A stretch of 64,000 nt of DNA, taken from assembly GCA_964016885.1 (NCBI GenBank), contig OZ024743.1:70308001-70372000 (forward strand), given 5' to 3'. This DNA is from Eledone cirrhosa (Eukaryota). Numbering within the stretch: position 1 is the first letter of the stretch; each line of letters opens with the position of its first letter. The notes under the pieces were generated by a model that saw only the letters and a program-made list of their open reading frames with translations, did no database searches and was not told the origin of the DNA. Below are positions 53,701-64,000 of this stretch, piece by piece. A program made the translations under genes and the position numbers.

Positions 53701-54843
53701 TAGCACCATCACCACCAACAACACCATCACCATCACCACCAACAACACCATCACCATCACCACCAACAACACCATCACCATCGCCACCAACAACAGCACC
53801 ATCACCATCAACAACACCATCCCCATCACCACCAACAACAGCACCATCACCATCAACAACACCATCACCACCAACACCATCACCATCACCACCAACACCA
53901 TTATAATCAACAACACCATCACCATCACCATCAACAACACCATCACCGTCACCACCAACAACAGCACCATCACCATCACCAACACCACCACCATCAACAA
54001 CAGCACCATCATCATTACCAACAACAGCACCATTACCAGCAGCAGCACCATCACCATCGCCAACAACAATAACAGCACCATCATCACCATCATCACCACC
54101 AGAATCAAGACCACCAGCACCAACAACAACACAACCACCACCACCACCAACGACACGACAGTGACCACCACCACCACCATCAAGACCACCAGCACCATCA
54201 CTACCACCACAACACCACTAATACCACCACCACCACCAGCACTATCAATACTACAACACCACCACAACGCCACCACCACTATCACCACCACAAAACCACC
54301 ACAACACCACTACCACCACCATCACACCACCATCACCATAACACCACCACCACAACACCACACCACCACCACACCACCACCACCACAACAACAACACCAC
54401 TATCACTACTAATACCACTACCACCACCACAACAACAACACCACCACTATCACCACCGCCACCACCACTATCACCACCACAAGACCACTACCACACCACC
54501 ACCACCACAACAACAACACCACTATCACCACCACAAGACCACTACCACACCACCAGCACCACAACAACAACACCACTATCACCACCAATACCACCACCAC
54601 CACAACAACAACAACACCACCACTATCACCACCGCCAGCACCACTATCACCACCACAACAACACCACCACCACACCACCACACCACCACACCACTACCAC
54701 CACACCACCACACCACCACAACACAACAACACCACCACAACACAACACAACACCACACCCCACCACCAACACAACACCACCACAACACCACTATCACCAC
54801 TAATACCACCACCACCACACCACCACACCACACACCACCACCT
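50733..54843. repeat. 4.1-kb compound trinucleotide array (CAT/CAC/CAA) with higher-order periodicity
   Basis: Seen directly. The composition drifts from CATCAC to CAACAC to CACCAC. Confidence 0.95.
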
Positions 54844-55224
54844 CAGTTTCTTCACTTCAACAGATTCCAACCTGAAGCAACAGTCCAGATTAAAACATTC
54901 TGCTCTTCAAAATCGATGTTGACATTTCCGTTTTCATTTTATTTTATTTCTATTATTTTTTTATTATAATTTTTTATTGTTATCGTTTTCTTTCATTTTA
55001 TTGGTGTTTTTAATGTTTTTTGTGAATTTTTTATGTTTTGCAGTAAATTCTTCGATTAACTTTTCAATTTTACTTTTCTCACTGTTTTATTCATCTATCT
55101 TACAATCAGTTTTAAATAAAAAGATTTTTACTGGTGAGCGCCGTAAACAGAAAACTGGTCAAATTGTTATAATTCTGTCTAATTTAGACTAAGTAACAAA
55201 TATCTTTGGAGGAGGAGAAGGGGC

Positions 55225-55920
55225 AGGAAGTAGATTGATTAAATCAATCTTAGTATTCTACTGGTACTTTGTTTAATCGACCCTCGAATGATTAAAAGTA
55301 AAGTTGACTTCGACCAAATTGGGACTTATGAACAACAGTAAATTATCAATATCTTGATTAAATCGATACCAGTAAATGACTGGTATTTATAAACAAATAT
55401 TAGAGTAACAATGGTTTGTAATTTAGATGTAATGACAGATATTTCTTTTTTTTTTTTTTTTTGCTCATTAAATTGACCCTAGTACTATATCGACCAGTAC
55501 TTGACTTATATTTTATTTTATCAATCCCTGGAGAATGAAAGGCAAAGTTGATCTTGTCTGATTTGAACACATGGAAAGTTAGTAACAATAGTTTAGGCAC
55601 AAGGTAAGAAATATAGCGAAGGAGGTGAGGGATAAATCGATTAAATCAAACCCAGTACTTGATTACTATTTTATTTTATCGACACCGAAACGTTGGAAGG
55701 CAAAATTGATCTCGGCAGGGGATTTGAACAAATGGACGATTATTAATAACGGTTTTTAATTGAGGTATAAGGTCAGAAATTGGGTTGGGAGAGAGTGGTG
55801 AGTAGATTCCATCGATACCAGTCATTGAATGGTACTTTATTTTATCAAATATATTAGGATGAAATTTGACCTCTGCGAGATTTGTCCGACGCTCTACGGA
55901 TTCAGCCAATCCGCTGACCA
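55225..55920 (-). mobile_element. Cluster of about four diverged SINE copies
   Basis: Repeated ggtacttt...tcgacc...gaaaggcaaagttgac blocks. Confidence 0.7.
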
Positions 55921-55943
55921 AGACAAATAGTAATAAATAGAGG

Positions 55944-56045
<102 letters not shown>

Positions 56046-56440
56046 GAGGGAGAGAGAGTGAGGGGAGGACAAAGAAACAAACAAAAACATATAATATTTT
56101 CCCAAGAAATTCAAATTTCCCCAAGTACAGATCCTCAACATAGCCGCTTGATCTGCAAGAAAGAACAGTCAAATTACATTCGTATCAAACCACATTGTCT
56201 TATAATATAACAAAGTCATTAAATGTGGTAAGTTTCCAGAACTGCTAAACCATCAACATAAAATGCCATTGCGGAATTCTTCACTCCCTTTTTTTTTATT
56301 TTTGCACTTTACGTTCTGAGATCAAATCCCGCCAAGGTTATAATAGTTTCTTGAGAAATTCAAATTTCCCCCAAAACAGAGCCTCAACATTTGACCTGCA
56401 AGAAAGAACAGTGAAATTACCTTCGAATCAAACCACATTA

Positions 56441-56928
56441 TCTTTAGACATAAAGGGCAATTTCTGTCTGTTTGTTTGTGAACCTAAAGCTTAAAAACTA
56501 CCATGCCCATTTGATTCTTACGTATATTTCATTTTAATCAAAGGGTTCCCCGGGGGCACAAAACCCCCGCTGAAACCCCCGCAGAAAACTTTTTCCCTTC
56601 GATTTATATGAAATTTAAACCATAGGTAAATGACAAGATATGATGCCTATTTACAAAATTTCAGCAAATTTCAATAATAGTAAGACACCCTAATGGGGGT
56701 TCTATTTTTTTTCCTTATAACAACACTCAACTTCTCTGACAAACATTGTTTCGCCTGACCAATGCAATCAACAATATTTGTTTGTATTATTGTTTCGTAA
56801 ATGAATTTGTTTTCGCTTTTGATTATCTGTCCTATATTTTGATTTGATTTTTGGTCTGAAAGGCATTGGGTATTTTAATGGGATCTAGGAATACCCCACT
56901 CCCGGGTATTACCGGGTACTTCAGCTAG
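56441..56928 (+). mobile_element. Non-autonomous Helitron
   Basis: 5' TC, a (TGTC/TGTT) microsatellite near the 5' end, a subterminal hairpin cccgggtattaccggg, and 3' CTAG. Inserted between A and T with no TSD, in a repeat whose empty copy is at about 56170-56225. Confidence 0.8.
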
Positions 56929-57404
56929 TTTTTAATATAACGCAATCGTTAAAGATAGAGGGTTACCAAAATTGGTAAACCAACGAAAGAAAATGCGGTA
57001 TTCTTCGCTACATTTTTTTTTTATTTTTGCATTTTACAATCACGGATCAAATCCCGCCAATGTTTAATTTGCCTTTCATGTTTTTTCGAGATCAATAAAA
57101 TAATGTACCAGTCAAATAATGAGGTTTATTTCTCAATTTTGCCCATCCCTCTAACTATGATGATCTTGTGCCTAAATTAACACTCAGTACATTGGACCCA
57201 CAAGATAATGTTGTCCTAGATAAAATAGGTCTGAATATATACGATGTGATTACCATAGTTGCATCTTTGGTTGTAGGTTAACCAGACCATGTCTAATATG
57301 AGGCTTAACTACAAGAGCATTATCAACGTGCTCACTACCACCACCACCACCACCACCACCATCATCATTATCATCATCATTATCAACATCCTCCCTAACA
57401 CCAC

Positions 57405-57451
<47 letters not shown>

Positions 57452-57536
57452 AGGCATTATCACTGTTGGCTGCATTAACACCAACACTCATACAAAAACC
57501 AATGAGAGGCTTTAAACCAGATATTCTCAAACATTT

Positions 57537-57812
57537 TGGGCCACCGCACCCCGTCTCACGGGCATGTAATACCCTCGGCACCCCAACCCTTGGGCCACCA
57601 CACCCCGCCTCACGGGCACGTAATACCCTCAGCGCCCCAACCCTTGGGCCACCGCACTCCGCCTCACAGGCATGTAATACCCTCGACGCCGCCCCAACCC
57701 TTGGGCCACCGCACCCCGCCTCACGGACACGTAATACCCTCAGCGCCCCAACACTTGGACCACCGCACCCCGCCTCACGGGCACGTAATACCCTCGGCAC
57801 CGCCCTAACCCT
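57537..57812. repeat. GC-rich 54-bp minisatellite, about 5 copies
   Basis: Unit is approximately ttgggccaccgcaccccgcctcacgggcacgtaataccctcagcgccccaaccc. Confidence 0.9.
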
Positions 57813-58349
57813 GCTCCCTTAGAAGCAGTGCCTCTGTGGACCCTCTCATCTCCCTCCACTACTTGACCTGCAAGAAATACCAATCAAATGTCCCTCAAAT
57901 CATACCATACTCATCATAATTATATCAACGTTGGATAATGTATTCGAAGCTAGCTAAACTATGGGATAGTCATGGCTGGAATGCCTTTGATCATACATCT
58001 GCGTCCTCAAGGCTGCTAACACAGGGCTAAAACAACAACAATGTTGTCTTTTATGACCAAGTTAGCATAGGTGCTTACATATACTAAAACATTAGCATGT
58101 AAAAACAGGTGAAAAGTGTGGAAATACAGTTAATAACCAGGTGAAAATAGTCGTATTGCTCTTCTATTTGTTCGACAGAGAGAACCATCTAATTTAACCA
58201 CAAAGTATTTGAAAAGAAGCTATATGTATATTTATCAAACATAAGCATATGTATTCATGTCCAATTTGTCTATACACACCTACGCTGTCTCAGTCTTCAT
58301 ATTTGCATGCATATTGTTTCCTTGAACAATATATATAGAGAGAGATAGA

Positions 58350-59657
58350 TAAACTGCAGTATATAGCGAATAAAGACAACTTAAACAAACCTAATAGCAA
58401 CTATACCAACCGCTCACACAAAAATAGAGGTAACTGGACTAGACATAGGGTTAGGCACGTAGCACCTAGAGTGAACGGTCAAAACACTAATAACGTAAAC
58501 CCAAGAAACAAGAGAAGAATCAGCGAAAGAAAATACCTATGGTTCAACCCAATCTTCAACTCCTCTGTAAAAACCAGACTGCCTTCTACATTCTTTAAAC
58601 TAAAAGATAAACACTTCCCTATTTCACATAGATATCATAAAATACTCAATAGAAATACTATAAAACTCTCATACTCTACGGCAGCAAATATAGAATCGCA
58701 CATACGCAAGATCAACCACAGAAATATCTCTAAGGAATCAGACCCACCTATGCGCAACATAGCACCATATTATAAGCATAAACACATCACAGTATCACAA
58801 CCGCAAGCACATACAAGCGCGCAGCAGCAAAACCCCAAACGGGCATGAATCACAACCCACTTATAGCAGAGTACTAAACAGCAGTGTAGAAGCTGCACGA
58901 AATAACACCTCAAACTGTAACTGTCACCTACCGGATAGGTGCCCATTGCCGAATAGATGCCTCGATTTGAGCCTAGTGTACATGTGTACGGTCAACTCAG
59001 ACAACTCCACTTGGCATTACATTGGATCCACCGCGGGTACTTTTAAAAAAAGATGGTATGTGCACAGGCACTCGATGAAAAATCGTGCACTTATGGGTTC
59101 TACAACCCTCGCCAAAAAAATATCGAAACTAAAAGATAGCAACACTAGCTACAGTATCAACTGGTCGAGGTTGTCGGCCGCTAAAACCTACTGTACAGGT
59201 ATGTCCCACTGTAGGCTATGTGATGTAGAACTACTGTATATCCTTAGAAATGAAAAAAGGCTACTTAACAACAAGTTAGAAAGATCTATTTTCTGCAGAC
59301 ACAGGATCGCCACTAAATTCATAAGAATTAAACCTCCGTGAATCGAACCGACTTAACATAGCTTTCAACTAGGATACCCACTACTCTGCACTAATCACAA
59401 CAGAAATATAATCATTAAGTACATTCTAGCCTTCTTAGTTCTATACCACACTAATGTCTGTAAGTACCTCATCAACCCATAAACTTATCTCTTCTCAGCT
59501 GCTGTCAGCACTTGATCCTAAATCCAAGAACATTTCAAAATACTACTACAATAGAAATTTACCTTCCTCCTGCTATAATTATAGTCAGCATGTTTTCTCT
59601 TTGTATGTATGTATGTATGTGTATGTGTATATATTTATATGTTTGTGTGCATGTGTG

Positions 59658-59688
<31 letters not shown>

Positions 59689-60316
59689 TGCCTCCTTAAC
59701 CTCTGTATTAACTTTCCCCATTATTTAGCTTCTTTGTTAATGTTGTCTTATACATGTATGTTATTGATGATGAGTAAGCTAGACAGCCCTCTCATCTAAT
59801 ATAGACCACACAAATTCCACTACAGTGATAAATCCTTCATCGGTCAGATAAAAACCGACTATTACGTCTACCTGACCTACATTGTTTAAAGACACCAGCT
59901 TATCTTTACACTAGATATAATACACCCTACGACAGTTTTTACATGTCAATTTTATACATCTGCCTCATGTCAGCTAGTTTTACACGCTAAAATCATAGAT
60001 ATACTATACTTCCCACCAAGATTGATATTGTCATTATTTCAAATAATTTATTGCTAGTTTTGTTGATATTGTTGTTATTGCTCTGACTGAATGCCATTAC
60101 TACTACATATAGTAGCCTGTATATTCTTTTCATGCCTATATATTCTTTTCATTCTCGCAAGCTCCGATGAACTGACTGGTTATAACTTTGTATTGGCGAT
60201 CGAGTAACGTGAAAATAAGCGGATAGCGATCTCTATACCTACCAGTTCAGAGAAACAATTGTCAGCAATGAGATTAAAGACCTTTTTTGTATAGCAAACC
60301 GTGTCACTCTTCTTTC

Positions 60317-60320
<4 letters not shown>
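58350..60320 (+). mobile_element. Naiad-like PLE, 5'-truncated: linker and GIY-YIG (about 58350-59341, frameshifted) plus 3' UTR with an HHR, ending in (TA)n
   Basis: LWFNPIFN, KHFPISHRYHKILNRNTIKLSYST, NCNCHLPDRCPLPNRCL, YIGSTAGTFKKRWYVH, CRLCDVE, LLNNKLERSIFCRH. Confidence 0.88.
60161..60266 (+). ncRNA. Hammerhead motif (U4-to-C variant) with an extended helix II
   Basis: gct CCGATGA a ctgactggt...accagttcag a GAAA caattg TC agc. The paralog at 5566-5673 has CTGATGA. Confidence 0.75.
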
Positions 60321-60363
<43 letters not shown>

Positions 60364-60410
60364 AATGAATAATAACAGGTAGACATCATAAAAAGGTAAT
60401 TTATTCCGTG

Positions 60411-60522
60411 TGCTTACAAGTGTTTCCACGGTGGTACTGCAGCCTAGTTCCGCTACGTGCAAATTCACAAGTACTTGCAGAACTCGAATATCCAATGCTG
60501 TGACCACTGTTTCCTCAGAGCA
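60411..60522 (-). ncRNA. Type I hammerhead ribozyme with a long helix II domain, in a 230-bp island between (TA)n tracts
   Basis: Minus strand: tgct CTGAGGA a acagtggt...accaccgt g GAAA cacttg TA agca. Confidence 0.8.
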
Positions 60523-60585
60523 GAATGGTAAATGTACAATCCAGTGTAGTAATTAACCATTACTACATCTTGGATAATCCTATAC

Positions 60586-60625
<40 letters not shown>

Positions 60626-60845
60626 GTTAGGGAAGCAGGAAAATGCTTATTGTGATCCAGTTCGTGGTTAAGAAAGCCAGCTACATGGACGGTTTCAACG
60701 TACGGTTAGGGGTAACTCCACAAATTTGTAAGAATTCCGTTCAATCTTAGAGTATGAAGTATAAAAGAGAAATCACAGGCAAGCATTAAGAAAAATCCTT
60801 TTCTTAATGCTGACCTGTGTTTTCTCTTTTATATTTATATATATA

Positions 60846-61039
60846 ACAAAGAGGGTGTGGGGAGATACCACGTGGACCATAACGCACCTGATTACTCGAT
60901 ACTTGGGGTAGTAGAGTGGGTAATAGGAAAAGAGTCAGGATCCCAACGGCTGAGCTACGGCCGTTTCGACAGCTAGATGCGAACGTTCGGATCTAGCTGT
61001 TGAATCGACCGGAGCTCAGCCGTCGGAGTCTTGACTCTT

Positions 61040-61044
<5 letters not shown>
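60846..61044. mobile_element. Foldback of the 6827/45739 family, apex at about 60984
   Basis: 60928-60983 mirrors 60986-61043. Minus-strand gtc GAAA cggccg TA gctca is the 3' half of an HHR. Confidence 0.7.
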
Positions 61045-61084
<40 letters not shown>

Positions 61085-61089
<5 letters not shown>

Positions 61090-62000
61090 GAGTTAAACAA
61101 GATTCAATGAGTACATCAAAGAATGAGTTTTACAGTAGATTGGAAGCACTCTACAGTAACAAATATTTTCCAGAGTTATTAATATTATAATACAATTATT
61201 AATAAAATAAATGTTTTTTGTGATCAATTAAATTTTATTATACATATTTCACAGGTACAACAGTACGCCCTCATCAGATAAAATAAAATGATACATGACA
61301 TACCCTGAGATGTTAAATGATTAAGATTTAATCAAGGTAGTGATTAACTTATGAGAAAACTCAACATTTATACCCTAATACTGAGAAAATGCGAAAACGT
61401 AATAGAATCAATAGAGAAGGTATGAGTGAGGAAAACATTGCTTTAATGTAACAGTTATATAGTTTTTAAAATGTGGGATACTACAAATTAGGATTATAGA
61501 GGAAGACGTCTCTGGAGTTATAATTTTATTACAGTTTTTGGCTTAAGAAAGCAACCGATAGATAATTAAAGACAGGGAGAGATAAAGGGGAGTAATTTAT
61601 GCAAAAAAATTTCCACATGTAGATTAGCGGTTAAATTTCAAAATATTTAATTTATGTTATTTTAGGGTGAAGAATCAAAATGTTAGGTTTTAAAAGTTGA
61701 TGGTTATTTATATTAATTTTATAAATTTTATAAATTTTTTTAAATTCTGAGTTTTAAGAAAACAAATTTAAAGGATTTACTAGGCCCGCGAAAGAAAGAT
61801 ATACACTGTTCAATTTTCACTTGAATATAATCTTTAACAAAATTACTTATAACAGTGTCAACATTTTCGGTATGTATAATTTATGAAGTACTTACTGTTA
61901 CAAATATCAAGGAATTTATTGTCAAGTAGATACATTGTCTAAAGTATAATGATTAACGCAGAGTTTTCAGCTATGTATATATATATATATAGTAATAATA

Positions 62001-62040
<40 letters not shown>

Positions 62041-63605
62041 ATAATAATAAATATATATATATAGTAATAATAATAAATATATATATATATATATATTTGT
62101 GCATTTATCGTAATAAATTAATATTTATTATATTATATTAAATCACTATATTACTTCTACCTTCAAGGGAAGAATGAACTCTAAATAATGATTATGTTAT
62201 TGTACAATATATTTATATTTGCACAAACTATATATAGCGTTATACCGAAACAATAATTATGATTAAGTTATTATACATTATAAATATAGATGCAAAAAAC
62301 TAAATGCAGAGATATACCTAACTATTAATATTATTATGTTATTATACAATATAAACATATTTACAAAAATTACGTATAGAGAATTATACTAAGTATTAAT
62401 GAGACAGTATGATTTTGGCAAATGATAACGATTATAATCTTAGATAAGAGATTCAAACATGCATAAGTTAAATACATACATATATATTAAAAAAAAAGTG
62501 TAAACGTATGAATGATAAACAGTTCAAAATAAGGTCCGTAAAAATTTACAGGTTGGATATTTAAACTACATTTAAAACAGAGATAGAAAAATAAAGATAG
62601 ATAAATAATGGTATGGATCAAAGTTAATAATATTCAAAAAAACCTTATGTTATGTATATCAACGTGCCAGCATGTTATTAAACAAGTGTCATTCATTCAA
62701 ACGTTATTTCCTTTATAGATGGTTATAAGATAAAGCAATATCTTATCGTTGTATAGGCCATTGAGGTTTTCAACTGTTGATGATGTACGTCTAAAAACCA
62801 AGTTTGGTTGCTTACTGTTTTTTCCTGATCTTATGAGAGGCTTGGAATGTAGACATGGCTTTATGAAGGCAGTTTGAGAATAATTCACTTTTTTTTGTTA
62901 ATTAATCATACTAACAGCCAGAAGAACTCTTATTAACTTCAACATTGAGTATTGGACTCGCTCAGATAGAAATAGAAACTTTGATATTACTATGGGGCAT
63001 CACAGATCTTCTGCGCAAATCACAGATCTTCTGGGAATTTTCATATTAAATATGATAAATAGAAAACTGCCGGAGATTACCGGTGGTTTATATAGGGACG
63101 ACATTTTATTTACGGTGGTCAAACACAACAATATTGAACTAAATAGAGTAAAGAAAAGTATAATAGAATTCTTTAAAATGCATGACCTTAAGTTAGAAGT
63201 AGAAAATGGTAACAAAATAGTTAATTTCCTAGATGTTACGTTTAACTTAAACTCTGGGTTTTATTACCCTTTTCATAAGCCAAATGAAAACTTAAACTAT
63301 TTTAGTTACCATTTCAATCACCCTAAATCTGTAAAAAAAAGCTATAGTAAATAGTGTGCAAAAACGCATTAATAGAATATCAGCCAATAAAGCAATATTT
63401 GATGATAATGCAGCATACTACAATGATGCGTTAAAAAGAGCAGGATATGAGAATAATATAGAATGTGTAGATAATAATAATCCTAGTTTTAATCCTGATA
63501 AAATTAACGGCATATATAAACGAAACTCTAATAATTATAATTCAAACACCCATACGGCAAATAAATTGAGGAAAAGAACTAGAACTAAATCAATCATATG
63601 GTTTG
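61085..63605. mobile_element. Naiad-like PLE with inversion: C-terminus plus 3' UTR on the minus strand (62905-61085), RT fragment on the plus strand (about 62905-63605)
   Basis: Minus strand: INKKSELFSNCLHKAMSTFQ (one extra A in the poly-A run). Plus strand: FDITMG, AQITDLLGIFIL, GGLYRDDIL, VNFLDVTFNL, PFHKPN, YYNDALKRAGY, IIWF. Confidence 0.85.
61232..61289 (-). ncRNA. Hammerhead motif in the Naiad-like 3' UTR
   Basis: Minus strand: ttat CTGATGA gggc gtac-tgtt-gtac ctgt GAAA tatg TA taa. The helix I register is imperfect. Confidence 0.7.
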
Positions 63606-63615
63606 CATCAGCCTT

Positions 63616-63697
63616 ACACACGCTGAGGAACCGAGGTTATTCCATTTCTGTCAACAACTTTCTGGCGAAACAGATCTCTATGGATTTGTACGTGTGT
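63616..63697 (+). ncRNA. Type I hammerhead ribozyme with a full helix III
   Basis: acacacg CTGAGGA acc gaggtt...aacttt ct ggc GAAA cagatc-tctatg-gatttg TA cgtgtgt. Confidence 0.9.
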
Positions 63698-63862
63698 TAT
63701 ATAGTTATAGAGGTATTTATTTACGCTTTAATTTATATTTTTAATTATCGTGTCTATAGTTTGCCTTTCATAGGTTATAGATTCCATACACTGGTCGTTT
63801 TTCCCTGTTTTATTGATAGCGCACTGTATATCTCTCTCTAGTGTGTTACCTTTTCAACATAT

Positions 63863-63893
<31 letters not shown>

Positions 63894-63910
63894 TATATAC
63901 ATATACATAC

Positions 63911-63942
<32 letters not shown>

Positions 63943-64000
63943 CAAGTAAGTATGTTTTGAAACAGTGAGCGAGTTTGAAATTAGAAAATATATAGCTTTT

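Noticed and set aside
50650-54291. Mucin-like or His-rich proteins of 300-445 aa
   Set aside because: Multiple frames on both strands are open and frames break arbitrarily; this is a trinucleotide array.
57289-57822. 177-aa ORF with LGPPHPASRARNT repeats
   Set aside because: It is a 54-bp minisatellite preceded by trinucleotide repeats and is open on both strands.
62697-62888. 63-aa minus-strand ORF as a separate gene
   Set aside because: It is the wrong frame of the Naiad C-terminus (INKKSELFSNCLH) and its 3' UTR.

Overview
This is AT-rich, microsatellite-saturated animal genomic DNA. The repeat content suggests an octopus or other coleoid cephalopod, which is my inference and is not verified. 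I see no host gene. All credible coding sequence is retrotransposon-derived: six Penelope-like element (PLE) copies carrying RT and/or GIY-YIG sequence (three Naiad-like, one Neptune-like, two unassigned), a decayed Tx1-clade LINE inside a (GACA)n-derived satellite, and RTE/RTE-X/CRE remnants. There are also many tRNA-derived SINEs, a non-autonomous Helitron, and a hAT-like element that splits a SINE. The main unannotated signal is a dense field of about 25 type I hammerhead ribozyme (HHR) motifs, intact or degenerate, from at least a dozen sequence families, all read by eye. They sit in PLE 3' ends and in short non-coding foldback or permuted-tandem units that almost always end in (TA)n tracts. 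Several short units can be matched to their coding PLE within this window. Two PLE ORFs carry an in-frame TGA at a probable cysteine position, which could be selenocysteine or simple decay. Most ORFs in the track are translations of simple repeats.
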